The translations under genes and the position numbers were made by a program. From contig CM120645.1 in assembly GCA_051362555.1 (NCBI GenBank), forward strand, positions 930,001 through 994,000: DNA of 64,000 bases, read 5' to 3'. Below, one piece after another: positions 25,131 to 39,711 of this stretch (the first letter of the stretch is position 1; every line of letters starts with the position of its first letter). The notes below the pieces were generated by a model. That model did not search any database, was not told the origin of the DNA, and saw nothing but the letters and a program-made list of their open reading frames with translations. The DNA is from Lingula anatina (taxonomy: Eukaryota; Animalia; Brachiopoda).

Positions 25131-28100
25131 TTAGGGAGAATCACCTGATGAATTGTAATTATACCAGTGTGATGCTAGTCCAAATAACAGCTTTGAATGA
25201 TATCTAGTGTCATTGAGAGAAGGTTTATTTTGAATATATTCTACCTGTACTAGATTGATGACTGTTTTGTACATCCAGTCTGCTCAGCTGATCACATGGT
25301 TAATACTGAACCAAGTGACCCAGTCTGCAGAATGTGGAGGTCTTTCTGTGGCAGTTATTGGAAAAAGATGTTATTAAAAAGGTGTCTTGGGATTTGGTGT
25401 CATTGGAATTGGTGAGATATTAACTGTCACAGTGGGATGAAAATGTTGACGTTCATATTGCATGAAATAGTATTGGCCTGTTCATTTGCTTGTACACACA
25501 CACACACACACACACACACGTACACGCACACACGCGTCAAGAGAAAGAGAGAGAGAGAACATCAAATCATTAAAAAACTATTTTGATCACTGGAAGTGGT
25601 CTCAAAATATGTGTAACAAAGATCACTTTAGAAAATCATTACTCCAACTATCCTGAAATGTCTTCATTTGTCCCAGTCAGGAAAGATAATTGCTTTGCTT
25701 CTTAAATCTCCCGAACAGTGAAACTGTAATGTGATCAGCAGTACTTAATAGTACTGGACCACAGTGTTTATCACATCAGGGAGGTCTCACAGCAGTTGCC
25801 ATTCTAAAATTGACTCTGCCATATGGTAAAATTGACTCTCCGTCGTGGACTAAAAAGTCTTCCTAGAGTTGGACAGTGGAAATATTGCAGAGCAGTTACA
25901 CGTAGTTATTAAGTGTGTATGTAAAGCGTCAGCTTGTCCTTTGAGATTGCTTAGTAGTATTAAGTATATGGACTGATCTTAACAATTGTGGTGTAATATT
26001 GCTATATATCCATGAAAGGAAGCTTGGGAAATTGGGGTTAAAATTATGAGTTTTACTATTGAAGAGAAAAATATGCTTTTTTTTATTAATATTGCTTTTG
26101 TGAGAAACATTAATTGCAGCTTTGAAAAAATCATGGATCAGTTACCTTTTAAAGATAAGCTTTCATTTATGTCATAAACCTAATGATTATTTCATCATGA
26201 ACCTAATAATAATGCTTAAAAGCATAAGTAGCTTGCTGTGCAGATCTATAAGTGATTTAAGCACATAACAAACTCATGAAGGCTAAATGTTAAAATGCAT
26301 GCTCACTCATGGTAAATCCGTCTCACGTCTATTTATATAATTACTTAATGGCTTGATAATATAGCATAGTTTATAGTTATACCTGGTGCAGTTAGACTTG
26401 AACATGTGCAACACCTTGTCTTTTGGTGGACAGGACATGCTGTACTTATTACCTGCACATGTACTTTTTATGTCATTAAATTTTATAACCTTTATCTTAG
26501 CATAGGAACATGGAGGCCCAATCTTTATTTTATATTGCACCAGGCATGATGAGTATGCTATGGTTGGTAGTAAAACAGAGACCTTGTGGAACAAAATTTG
26601 CCTTCAGAATAAATGTTCCAATGTAGTTGCTAAATTCAGATTGGGTCTCATATACCTGGACATTACTTTATATTTTTTTAATTTTTAGTACTGTGTGCAG
26701 GTAGTTAAATGTGTTATAAATAATATGTTTCAGTATATTTAGATCATCTATATGTCACATCTGTAATTATCAATGAAATCAGAATTGTCAATGAAATCGC
26801 AAGGTCATTTTTAGTTTTTGTTTTTTTTTTGTTTTTTTTTTCGATTGGGGATGTTTTATCCTCTCCATATTTACACATGATTTGTTTAGAGGTTATGGAA
26901 ATACAGAAGACTTACTGATGTAGTTGTTCCCATATTTTGATATTTGTAATATTTATTGTATATCACATGTGCAAAAAGAGCAGCATAAAATCTCATTTAA
27001 AACTAGTTGTTTGCAATATAGACAATGTTGTTACTTGAGAAAATGGAATTTAAACTGTATTTAAAGATTTAGGTACTTCTTTTTTTTTTAAATCAAATCT
27101 TTAAAGGATCTGTAACGCAAACATCATGTTACATTTAGTCGGAACTGGGCTTAATAGAGGGCTTGTTGATATGCGGAAAAATTTTATACAATACTTATAT
27201 ATATGTAGTTTTTGCCTGGCATTGTCAATGCTCACCCAGTCTTGTAATATTTGCATGTACCGTATTTTTTAATTTTTTGGCGGTAGTGGTTTTTCATTAG
27301 TTTAGGGGATTTTGCTAGTAGGGTGCATTTGCCATGACTAAATAGTCACAACTTGATAATTTGTCTTCAGGTGTTGGTACCGTGAAACAATTTCATTCAT
27401 TTCATAATTGTTGTAAAACGAGGTTGTGATATGTTTTTTGACAGCAAATTGCGTTTCTTGTTGTTGTTGTGTTTTTATAATGTTTTAGCAAACATAGTTT
27501 AATTGGAAATTTGTTACTTGGTTTTCATTATATCAAAGTGAAGTATTGACATGATGCTGCAGAAAAGTGGGTATTTTGGTGTAAATTGGAAGTCTGTAAC
27601 AAGATGATGATTTGTTTGAAATGACCTCGTCTTGGGTGTCAGGTCTTTTAGGCCAGTCAAAGTTGATCAGTTGGTTAACTAGGGGTTCCTCAGAATATAT
27701 ACACGAAGCTTGTTAAGCATTCTTTTTCTTTTTTCCCTTTTTTTTTTTTTTTTTTTTTTTTGGGGGGGGGGGGTGTCAGATCTACCGTCAAAGTGATAAG
27801 ATCTTATAAACAGCATTAAGGATCTTCCAAGGGTCATTTGTAAATATCTCCCACTTACTGAACATAACCCAGTACTTCTTCCCCATTAAAAATTTATATA
27901 TATATTTACATATATATCTGATTTCCTCAAAGTTGGGATCTGTTCCACCTGTGAAGCAACTGATCAGTTTTGCCTGGTGTTGTGGTCGCCCAGAGTTCAC
28001 TGTGGTAGCGGTGTGACAGGAATGGAAGTCCAGGGTCCCATATGATCAGTACAGGTTAGGGTTAGTTGGAGTATTGGGGTTAGTATATGGAACAAATGTC

Positions 28101-28287
28101 ACCTGTACAAAGTAACTGGAAGCTGACTACAGTTCTCAGAGGACTTCTATTCCTGTTACAGCTGAACAGAAGTGTGCGCAGAGTTCGCCAGACAAATATC
28201 TGTGAATCTCTAGTGAAAAGCTTTCTCTGTGTTCCTGGTAGAGCAGAGAGGACAAAATGCAGCCCACTCCATTGTTCACACCACTTT

Positions 28288-28425
28288 TGTCATGAATATT
28301 CATCATGCCAGATGTTTGTCATGAATATTTATCATGCCAGATGTTTGTCATGAATATTCATCACACCAGATGTTTGTCATGAATATTCATCATGCCAGAT
28401 GTTTGTCATGAATATTCATCACACC
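28288..28425. repeat. 29-bp minisatellite with palindromic core atgaatattcat, ~4.5 copies
   Basis: tgtcatgaatattcatcatgccagatgtt repeated in tandem. Confidence 0.9.
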
Positions 28426-29961
28426 GGCTTCTATTGGATACAAAATATGTAGATTTTAGAACATTAAGAAAAGTATGGATCAAAATTGAAGAGAAATAAA
28501 AATATTATCAATTGTTAAAATATTATGCGGTTATGTTATATCAGATTGATAATGTTATTGTATGTAATGTAAATCCATACGTCTAGTTTAATGTACAAAT
28601 ATCCAGATGTGTTTTAGTTCAATCTCAAAGTATGATCGAGACGTGTTTAAAGGTCGTCTTACCTGGTGCACGGATTCTGGGGATGCACTTAATATGTTTG
28701 CTTGAAACCAAATGCCAAGGAATTCGGGGCACAAAGAAGACAGATTTTGCCATCTTATGAAATCGCCCCCCCCCCCCCTCCCATCTTAGTGTAACGAACT
28801 GGCTATTGTGACGCCGGTATAACGTGTCAGAGAGTCCCCCGTGGTAGATAGTCCGCTTATGTATAGGTAAGCTTCCACCTAGATTTTGATCCACTTCTGC
28901 CAGGCTAACCCTAACCAAAACAACTAAGTGGAGGACGGACTTTCTGTTACTCGGACCCTCAGTTTCGTTACATTTGTTTGCAATTGGGAAGTGGAAGAAA
29001 TTACAATCGAACCTAGGTAAACCTTAATGAAGTTGTTTTAAGCCTTTAAAATGTCCCAGACTTTTGACTAGCACCCCAAAATTTAAAATTGAAAGTTTGT
29101 CTGCTCTGCTCGTTAAATTTCATATTTGAACAAAATGAATGGATTTCGTCTACCTACCCTGTTTACAAAGAATAGCCACTCGTTATTATTAGCAAACTAA
29201 ACAGTTTTGTCTTTCCTTAGCCTGCTACTTGCGTCTTCCTCCCGAATATAAACTCCCACACAATGGAACCAACGGTCACTCCTTACTTTAAATTATGAAA
29301 TTCGGCCATATTAACACTCTTTTTATTTACTTTACCTTATAAGTAAGGACAGAATAGATGCATTTTCATAGGTTTGGCATTCACGATCGTCTATTTAGTC
29401 ACTTTAGCCTTGATTACATTTGAAATGCGTTATACCCTTTTCGTACGGCGTCTGAGCGGAAGTAGACGGTGGCCGTGCGAAATCGCACAGAATCGTACTG
29501 ATATAAGGCCATGTAATGTAGACATACTCGGCGTAGCCCGTAGCTCCTTACGATTTCAAAAAGAAAAAAAAAATCGTACGGACAATTTCATCGCACGGCG
29601 CCCGTGTAAATGTAATCTAGGCTTTAGTTATAAACATGCAGGACATCACTCAAGGACACCTAACTTTTGGCGCATTTGTAATATCAGCTTTTGAAAGTAG
29701 GACGATTTAAGCAAACAAAATCAATAATATAATACATATTTTTTTTTTATTTCATAGCGTCACGTAATGTTTAATACACACCTAGCTGAGTTTACCATAT
29801 TTTTATTGCTTGATTCAATGTACAAATACATAGTAGCCCGTTTTAAATTTCAAATTCTGATACCACCCGCATTCACTTTTTTGCAATATCTGCAATATTG
29901 TTGCCTTTCGATCATGATTCTAATCTAAATACAGCATGTATATGCCGTAATTCGACAACAC

Positions 29962-31801
29962 TCAAAGATCTAATTTATATCCGAGGAAGCTTGCCTCTTC
30001 TTTGTAAATATCCCAGATTTTTTGAAACAGTTTTCTACCTATCCCGCTGTAATATTTTTGTATGAGAGTCTCGTTGCGGTAGGACTCGATCTTGCGATGA
30101 GATGACGGGAATTGTGCTATCAAGTGTTCGGCGCCAAGTAGACGCATGACATTAGGCGCGTCGGTTGTAAGATCTTCATGATGAACGATGACGTCATACT
30201 GGACGTCACAGGGTTTGCAAAAATCCTCGACCAAAGCCCAGTGGCTATTGTTTGGTCCGTTGTCTGCTATATACTGCAGGAAATCCGAAAAGGAAATATG
30301 TTTTTGCAAAGTAATGTTCCTCTCATATTGCTGGTTCATATAAGTTTTCACTCTGGGACCTAAATGCCTAAACAAAACTTGTTCCTTGTAGGCCGACACG
30401 AGTCTCTCTAGTGGGTGTCGCACCACTAAGACCTTCAGATAATTTGCTAAGCGCATGCTGTTGTTCTTGCTGCCGTAGGAATGTAGCCGTGTAAAGTATT
30501 TCTTTGTGCCCTTGAAGACAACATCCTGACGGCCAGACAGAATCTGATACACATTTCTCCAGTTACGACTTGCTGCTTTGAACATAGTGCACAATATCAG
30601 TTTATATTTGTCCTCCACTATAATCCATCTCGGTTTCTTCAAATAGTTGAAGGGAGTAGTTTTGCGGGCGCTGCATCTGTCTAGTAACCTTTGTTTTCGC
30701 CTGATTACGGAAGATACCCAATTCTGAGGTACCTTGTCCCAACCGAATGACTGAAAGATGTGTTTCAAAAAGTTCTCTTAACGTTTTTAAACGTTTTATG
30801 CAAAATGGTTCCTCAAAAATATAACACCAGTAAAAAATAGGGACAATAAAAAGGTCAATAAAAAGATAAGGTCAACATGAGTAACGTCAGCAAAAAAGCT
30901 GTGAATATTGAACAAGTCAAAATTGTAATTTGCCTGGCAATTTCAACCCTGAGAACGCCGCGGGAGATTAAATGGAGTAGACAGAGAGAAAAAGAGAGAA
31001 GGCAACTGGAAATCAATAAACAAATAATATGAAAGAACATAAAGGTCTTGTGATTTCTACCTAGTGTAAGAAATGCAGTAGTTGTAAGTCAGTACCATGG
31101 TAAAAAAAAAAAAAAACGTTACTCTAAATACCTCCCAGATCCGTTTATCTATGGCGTCGTGTTCTTTGCTGAGTTTGGGAAAGTTGTCAGTGGTTCGAAG
31201 AGAAGTGCCATTAATTACTCTCTCTTCTTGAACAATTGACATGGGTTTGTAAATTCCTGCAAGATATGTATCTCATAAAAGCTTTGTCGTCCTAATGTCT
31301 TTATAAATGCCACTATGAACTCAATTTTCGTCAAAAATCTTCCGTCAATGTCTTTAAATGCTGATGAAAAGTATAAGGGAATACGGTCGTTGCTACATGC
31401 ATCGACGTTTACGAGTCACTCAAAAGAAAAGACTCGAGCTATTTTTACTAGGAATACAATCATTGATTGCTTGATAAGATGGCCTAGTTTATGGTGAAAA
31501 GTTGTCAAACTTTTACGTTTAACTTCGTGAAATTTGATGTTTAATAACTTATAATTATTGCTGAAAACCAACACTTTTCAAACACATGCATTGCTTATAT
31601 TTGAGTATTCTAGATTTTTTATAATTCCATGAACAAGCCCTATTTATGTCGCAAAGATGGTTGTTTTTATAAATTTTTATTTTGTAATTTTTTACCAAAA
31701 AATAAGAGTTAAAGACAATAGTTACCTGTAAAATAGAGCAGCACCAACAGCGTTAATACGCAGGCTGTCGTGGTGGTGAGGAAGATCGCTTTCTTTTTCA
31801 T
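29962..31801 (-). CDS. Carbohydrate sulfotransferase (Sulfotransfer_2, CHST8-14/CHST11-like), copy 1
   Basis: Exons 31801-31726 (MKKKAIFLTTTTACVLTLLVLLYFT signal anchor), 31256-31132 (stem) and 30750-29962 (catalytic), GT-AG and phase-compatible. Motifs: 5'-PSB CTMFKAASRNW, 3'-PB VRHPLERLVSAY, HW..CKPCDVQYD. AATAAA on minus strand at 29807-29802. Confidence 0.92.
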
Positions 31802-32269
31802 TACACTTGTAACCACTTCCTCGTTCTCAGAGATCTTCTAAGTAATAAATGTTTAGGTGTTTCACACAGGGAGTGACTACTCGTGCAGTTGTGGATTCTT
31901 TTAAGCTACTATTTTATGGTAAATAAAGGATGAGAAAGATACAGCAACGAGTAAAGATGCGGGCAAATTATTACATCACTTCATTGCAGCTGACATGAAC
32001 ATTTCATATTTTTTAAGCCATTGTTTCTTAAAATTAGGCCATTTCTATTGAGTGGTAGCAACAAAATTGAAAAGCAAAGCGCGCAATAGTTTTATCCCAT
32101 TTTGTGAAAGCACCGCAAATGCTGTGTAAAATATAATTTACAATGATTCCATATTTATGTACTTGAGAAAAGACAGTGATTGTTTCTCCCACTGAACAGA
32201 TCGAGTCTTAAGCGTGATAGGAACACATCAAACTGGTATGCAAGTTACCAATTGTACGTCCTCAAAAAA

Positions 32270-32309
<40 letters not shown>

Positions 32310-32898
32310 AAAATAAAACTAAAAATAAAAAACGTTTGCAGTTTTCATATTTTTGTTTCATTTTCTGGTTTTGTGTCTCATTTATCGGGTTCAGTGTCTC
32401 TAATTTTGGTTTTGGTGTTTCAGTTTTGCCAGTTTTGCTTGGTTTCCATGGAGACGTGGTAACTAAAACTAATAGCCAGTGCTGTAAAGCGGAAGTGGAA
32501 TATGGAAAAACTCAACCCTGGCCTTGACCTTAAAAGATAAGCGCAATTCCACACAACCCTACAATATGCCCTTACAATGCCTGTGCAATTTTGAGCTCAT
32601 CTTAATTGGTGCACGGATTCTGGGGATGCATTTTACATTTGAGCTTGTAACCAAATGCCGAGGAATTCGGGGCACAAAGAAGACGAATTTTACCATCTTA
32701 TGAAATCGCTCCCCCCCTCCCATCTTAGTGTAACGAACTGGCTATTGTGACGCCGGTATAAGAGGTCAGAGAGTCCCCCGCGGTAGATAGTCCGCTTATG
32801 TATGGGTAAGCCTCCACCTAGATTTTGATCCACTTAGGTCGGGCTAACCCTAACCAAAATAACTAAATTTTCTTTCACTCGGACCCTCCGTTTCGTTA

Positions 32899-32938
<40 letters not shown>

Positions 32939-33906
32939 TTATTGGGAAGTGGAAGAAATTACAATCGAACCTAGGTAAACCTTAATGAAGTTGTTTTAAG
33001 CCTTTAAAATGTCCCAGACTTTTGACTTGCACCTCCAAAATTTAAAATTGAAAGTTTGACTGCTCTGCTCGTTAAATTTCATATTTGAACAAAATGAATG
33101 GATTTCGTCTCCCTACCCTGTTTACAAAGAATAGCCACTCGTTATTAGCAAACTAAACAGTTTTGTCTTTCCTTAGCCTGCTACTTGCATCTTCCTCCCG
33201 AATATAAACTCCCACACAATGGAACCAACGGTCACTCCTTACTTTAAATTATAAAATTCGGCCATATTAACACTCTTTTTATTTACTTTACCTGATAAGT
33301 AAGGACAGAATAGATGCATTTTCATAGGTTTGGCATTCACTATCGTCTATTTAGTCACTTTAGCCTTGATTACATTTGAAATGCGTAATACCGTTTTCGT
33401 ACGGCGTCTGAGCGGAAGTAGACGGTGGCCGTGCGAAATCGCACAGAATCGTACTGATATAAGGCCACGTAATGTAGACATACTCGGCGTAGCCCGTAGC
33501 TCCTTACGATTAAACAAAAATCGTACGGACAATTTCATCGCACGGCGCCCGTGTAAATATAATCCAGGCTTTAGTTATAAACATGCAGGACATCACTCAA
33601 GGACACCTAACTTTTGGCGCATTTGTAATATCAGCTTTCCAAAGTAGGACGATTTAAGCAAACAAAATCAATAATATAATACATATTTTTTATTTCATAG
33701 CGTCACGGAATATTTAATACACACCTAGCTGAGTTTACCATATTTTTATTGCTTGATTCAATGTACAAATACATAGTAGCCCGTTTTAAATTTCAAATTC
33801 TGATACCACCCGCATTTACTTTTATGCAATGTCTGCAATATTGTTGCCTTTCGATCATGATTCTAATCTAAATACAGCATATATATATGCCGTAATTCGA
33901 CAACAC

Positions 33907-35753
33907 TCAAAGATCTAATTTATATCCGAGGAAGCTTGCCTCTTCTTTGTAAATATCCCAGATTTTTTGAAACAGTTTTCTACCTATCCCGCTGTAATAT
34001 TTTTGTATGAGAGTCTCGTTGCGGTAGGACTCGATCGCGCGATGAGATGACGGGAATTGTGCTATCAAGTGTTCGGCGCCAAGTAGACGCATGACATTAA
34101 GCGCGTCGGTTGTAAGATCTTCATGATGAACGATTACATCATATTGAACGTCACAGGGTTTGCAAAAATCCTCGACCAAAGCCCAGTGGGCATTGTTTGG
34201 TCCGTTGTCTGCTATATACTGCAGGAAATCCGAAAAGGAAATATGTTTTTTCAAAGTAATGTTCCTTTTATATTGATGGTTCATATAAGTTTGCACTCTG
34301 GGACCTAAATGCCTAAACAAAACTTGTTCCTTGTAGGCCGACACGAGTCTCTCTAGTGGGTGTCGCACCACTAAGACCTTCAGATAATTTGCTAAGTGCA
34401 TGCTGTCGTTCTTGCTGCCGTAGGAATATAGCCGTATATAGTATTTCTTTGTGCCCTTGGAGACAACAGTGGCAGGATCCTGACGACCGGAAAGAATTTG
34501 ATACACATTTCTCCAATTACGACTTGCTGCTTTGAACATAGTGCACAATATTAGTTTATATTTGTCCTCCACTATAATCCATTTTGGTTTCTTCAAATAG
34601 TTGAACGGAGCAGTTTTGCGGGCGCTGCATCTGTCTTGTAGCCTTTGTTTTCGCCTGATTACGGAAGATACCCAATTCTGAGGTACCTTGTCCCAACCGA
34701 ATGACTGAAAGATGTGTTTCAAAAAGTTCTCTTAACGTTTTTAAACGTTTTATGCAAAATGGGTCAACAAAAATATAACACCAGTAAAAAATAGGGACAA
34801 AAAAAGGTCAATAAAAAGATAAGGTCAACATGAGTAACGTCAGCAAAAAAGCTGTGAATATTGAACAAGTCAAAATTGTAATTTGCCTGGCAATTTCAAC
34901 CCTGAGAACGCCGCGGGAGATTAAATAGAGTAGACAGAGAGAAAAAGAGAGAAGGCAACTGGAAATCAATAAACAAATAATATGAAAGAACATAAAGTTC
35001 TTGTGATTTGTAAGAAATTCAGTAGTTGTAAGTCAGTACCATGGTAAAAAAAAAAAAAAAAACGTTACACTAAATACCTCCCAGATCCGTTTATCTATGG
35101 CGTCGTGTTCTTTACTGAGTTTGGGAAAGTTGTCAGTGGTTCGAAGAGAAGTGCCATTAATTACTCCCTTTTCTTGAACAATTGACATGGGTTTGTAAAT
35201 TCCTGCAAGATACGTACATGTATCTCATAAAAGCTTTGTCGTCCTAATGTCTTTATAAATGCCGCTATGAACTCAATTTTCGTCAAAAATCTTCCGTCAA
35301 TGTCTTTAAATGCTGATGAAAAGTATAAGGGAATACGGTCGTTGCTACATGCATCGACGTTTACGAGTCACTCAAAAGAAAAGACTCGAGCTATTTTTAC
35401 TTGGAATACAATCATTGATTGCTTGATAAGATGGCCTAGTTTATGGTGAAAAGTTGTCAAACTTTTACGTTTAACTTCGTGAAATTTGATGTTTAATAAC
35501 TTATAATTATTGCTGAAAACCAACACTTTTCAAACACATGCATTGCTTATATTTGTGTATTCTAGAATTTTTATAATTCCATGAACAAGCCCTATTTATG
35601 TCGCAAAGATGGTTGTTTTTATAAATTTTAATTTTGTAATTTTTTACCAAAAAATAAGAGTTAAAGACAATAGTTACCTGTAAAATAGAGCAGCACCAAC
35701 AGCGTTAATACGCAGGCTGTCGTGGTGGTGAGGAAGATCGCTTTCTTTTTCAT
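33907..35753 (-). CDS. Carbohydrate sulfotransferase copy 2
   Basis: Exons 35753-35678, 35202-35078, 34704-33907; same motifs, open frame. Confidence 0.92.
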
Positions 35754-36846
35754 TACACTTATAAACACTTCCTCGTTCTCAGAGATCTTCTAAGTAATAA
35801 ATGTTTAGGTGTTTCACACAGGGAGTGACTAATCGTGCAGTTGTGGATTCTTTTAAGCTACTATGTTATGGTAAATAAAGGATGAGAAAGATACAGCAAC
35901 GAGTAAAGATGCGGGCAAATTATTACATCACTTCATTGCAGCTGACATGAACATTGTTCATATTTTTTAAGCCATTGTTTCTTAAAATTAGGCCATTTCT
36001 ATTGAGTGGTAGCAACAAAATTAAAAAGCAAAGCGCGCAATAGTTTTATCCCATTTTGTGAAAGCACCGCAAATGCTGTGTAAAATATAATTTACAATGA
36101 TTCCATATTTATGTACTTGAGAAAAGACTGATTGATTGATTCTCCCACTGAACAGATCGAGTCTTAAGCGTGATAGGAACACATCAAACTGGTATGTAAG
36201 TTACCAATTGTACGTCCTCAAAAAATAAATAAATAAATAAATAAAAATAATAATAATAAAATAAAACTAAAAATAAAAAACGTTTGCAGTTTTCATATTT
36301 TTGTATCATTTTCTGGTTTTGTGTCTCACTTATCGGGTTCAGTGTCTCTATTTTTGGTCTTGGTGTTTCAGTTTTGCCAGTTTTGCTTGGTTTCCATGGA
36401 GACGTGGTAACTAAAACTAATAGCCAGTGGTGTAAAGCGGAAGTGGAATATGGAAAAACTCAACCCTGGCCTTGACCTTAAAAGATAAGCGCAATTCCAC
36501 ACAACCCTACAATATGCCCTTACAATGCCTGTGCAATTTTGAGCTCATCTTAATTGGTGCACGGATTCTGGGGATGCATTTTACATTTGAGCTTGTAACC
36601 AAATGCCGAGGAATTCGGGGCACAAAGAAGACGAATTTTACCATCTTATGAAATCGCTCCCCCCCTCCCATCTTAGTGTAACGAACTGGCTATTGTGACG
36701 CCGGCATAAGAGGTCAGAGAGTCCCCCGTGGTAGATAGTCCGCTTATGTATGGGTAAGCCTCCACCTAGATTTTGATCCACTTAGGTCGGGCTAACCCTA
36801 ACCAAAATAACTAAATTTTCTGTCATTCGAACCCTCCGTTTCGTTA

Positions 36847-36887
<41 letters not shown>

Positions 36888-37864
36888 TTATTGGGAAGTG
36901 GAAGAAATTTCAATCGAACCTAGGTAAACCTTAATGAAGTTGTTTTAAGCCTTAAAAATGTCCCAGACTTTTGACTAGCACCCCCAAAATTTAAAATTGA
37001 CAGTTTGTCTGCTCTGCTCGTTAAATTTCATATTTGAACAAAATGAATGGATTTCGTCTCCCTACCCTGTTTACAAAGAATAGCCACTCGTTATTAGCAA
37101 ACTAAACAGTTTTGTCTTTCCTTAGTCTGCTACTTGCATCTTCCTCCCGAATATAAACTCCCACACAATGGAACCAACGAACACTCCTTACTTTAAAGTA
37201 TGAAATTCGGCCATATTAACACTCTTTTTATTTACTTTACCTGATAAGTAAGGACAGAATAGATGCATTTTCATAGGTTTGGCATTCACTATCGTCTATT
37301 TAGTCACTTTAGCCTTGATTACATTTGAAATGCGTAATACCGTTTTCGTACGGCGTCTGAGCGGAAGTAGACGGTGGCCGTGCGAAATCGCACAGAATCG
37401 TACTGATATAAGGCCATGTAATATAGACATACTCGGCATAGCCCGTAGCTCCTTACGATTTCAAAAAAAAAGAAAAAAAAAATCGCACGGACAATTTCAT
37501 CGCACGGCGCCCGTGTAAGTGTAATCTAGGCATTAGTTATAAACATGCAGGACATCACTCAAGGACACCTAACTTTTGGCACATTTGTGAAATAAGATTT
37601 TGAAAGTAGGGCGGTTTAAGCAAACAAAATCAATTATATAATACATTGCATTTTTATGCCAAAGCGTCACGGAATGTTTAATGTCCTACATCTAGCTGAG
37701 TTTACCAAATTTTTATTGCTTGGTTCAATATACAAATACATCGTAGCCCGTTTTTAATTTTAAATTCTGATACCACCCGCATTTACTTTTTTTGCAATAT
37801 TGTTGCCGTTCGATTATGATTCTAATGTAAATTCAGTATGTGTGTGCCGTATTACGACATACAT

Positions 37865-39711
37865 TCAAAGATCTAATTTATATCCGAGGAAGCTTGCCTC
37901 TTCTTTGTAAATATCCCAGACCTTTTTCAGCAGTTTTCTGTCTATCCCGCTATAATATTTTTGTATGAGAGTCTCGTTGCGGTAGGACTCGATCGCGCGA
38001 TGAGATGACGGGAATTGTGCTATCAAGTGTTCGGCGCCAAGTAGACGCATGACATTAGGCGCGTCGGTGGTAAGATCTTCATGATGAACGATGACGTCAT
38101 ATTGAACGTCACAGGGTTTGCAAAAGTCCTCGACCAAAGCCCAGTGGCTATTGTTTGGTCCATTGTCTGCTATATACTGGAGGAAATCCGAAAAGGAAAT
38201 ATGTTTTTGCAAAGTAATGTTCCTCTTATATTGCTGGTTCATATAAGTTTTCACGCTAGGACCTAAAAACCGAAACAAAACCTGTTCCTTGTACGCCGAC
38301 ACGAGTCTCTCTAGTGGGTGTCGCACCACTAAGACCTTCAGATAACTTGCTAAGCGCATGCTGTTGTTCTTGTAGTCATTAGAATATAACTGTGTATAGT
38401 ATTCTTTTCCGGCCTTGAAGACAACAGTTGAAGGATCCTGACGGCCGGAAAGAATTTGATACACATTTCTCCAATTACGACTTGCGGCTTTCAACATAGT
38501 GCACAAAATTAGTTTATGTTTGTCATCCACTATAATCCATTTTGATTTCTTCAAATATTTGATCGGAGTAGTTTTGCGGGTGCTGCATCTGTCTTGTAAC
38601 CTTTGTTTTCGCCTGATTACGGAAGATACCCAATTCTGAGGTACCTTGTCCCAACCGAATGACTGAAAGATGTGTTTCAAAAAGTTCTCTTAACGTTTTT
38701 AAACGTTTTATGCAAAATGGGTCAACAAAAATATAACACCAGTAAAAAATAGGGACAAAAAAAGGTCAATAAAAAGATAAGGTCAACATGAGTAACGTCA
38801 GCAAAAAAGCTGTGAATATTGAACAAGTCAAAATTGTAATTTGCCTGGCAATTTCAACCCTGAGAACGCCGCGGGAGATTAAATAGAGTAGACAGAGAGA
38901 AAAAGAGAGAAGGCAACTGGAAATCAATAAACAAATAATATGAAAGAACATAAAGTTCTTGTGATTTGTAAGAAATTCAGTAGTTGTAAGTCAGTACCAT
39001 GGTAAAAAAAAAAAAAAAAACGTTACACTAAATACCTCCCAGATCCGTTTATCTATGGCGTCGTGTTCTTTACTGAGTTTGGGAAAGTTGTCAGTGGTTC
39101 GAAGAGAAGTGCCATTAATTACTCCCTTTTCTTGAACAATTGACATGGGTTTGTAAATTCCTGCAAGATACGTACATGTATCTCATAAAAGCTTTGTCGT
39201 CCTAATGTCTTTATAAATGCCGCTATGAACTCAATTTTCGTCAAAAATCTTCCGTCAATGTCTTTAAATGCTGATGAAAAGTATAAGGGAATACGGTCGT
39301 TGCTACATGCATCGACGTTTACGAGTCACTCAAAAGAAAAGACTCGAGCTATTTTTACTTGGAATACAATCATTGATTGCTTGATAAGATGGCCTAGTTT
39401 ATGGTGAAAAGTTGTCAAACTTTTACGTTTAACTTCGTGAAATTTGATGTTTAATAACTTATAATTATTGCTGAAAACCAACACTTTTCAAACACATGCA
39501 TTGCTTATATTTGTGTATTCTAGAATTTTTATAATTCCATGAACAAGCCCTATTTATGTCGCAAAGATGGTTGTTTTTATAAATTTTAATTTTGTAATTT
39601 TTTACCAAAAAATAAGAGTTAAAGACAATAGTTACCTGTAAAATAGAGCAGCACCAACAGCGTTAATACGCAGGCTGTCGTGGTGGTGAGGAAGATCGCT
39701 TTCTTTTTCAT
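37865..39711 (-). CDS. Carbohydrate sulfotransferase copy 3 (chimera of copies 2 and 4)
   Basis: Exons 39711-39636, 39160-39036, 38662-37865; open frame. Confidence 0.9.

Noticed and set aside
24618-28500. Long 3' UTR ending at AATAAA 28495-28500
   Set aside because: Plausible, but other AATAAA motifs occur (e.g. near 26608). It cannot be fixed without transcript data.
28905-28917. ctaaccctaacc telomere-like motif (also in sister units)
   Set aside because: Only two units; a common motif within interspersed repeats, not an interstitial telomere array.
29374-29694. Recurrent + strand ORF MAFTIVYLV...
   Set aside because: TTG start, frameshifts among copies, overlaps a CpG-rich repeat fragment, and shows no recognisable domain.
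30178-30363. Recurrent + strand 61-aa ORFs (MMNDDVIL...)
   Set aside because: Antisense shadows of the sulfotransferase exon, repeated only because the gene is duplicated.
30855-31040. Hydrophobic minus-strand ORF (MFFHIICLL...) as the sulfotransferase transmembrane exon
   Set aside because: It lies in intron 2, ends in a stop and is not phase-linked. A better signal-anchor exon with a conserved donor exists at 31801-31726.
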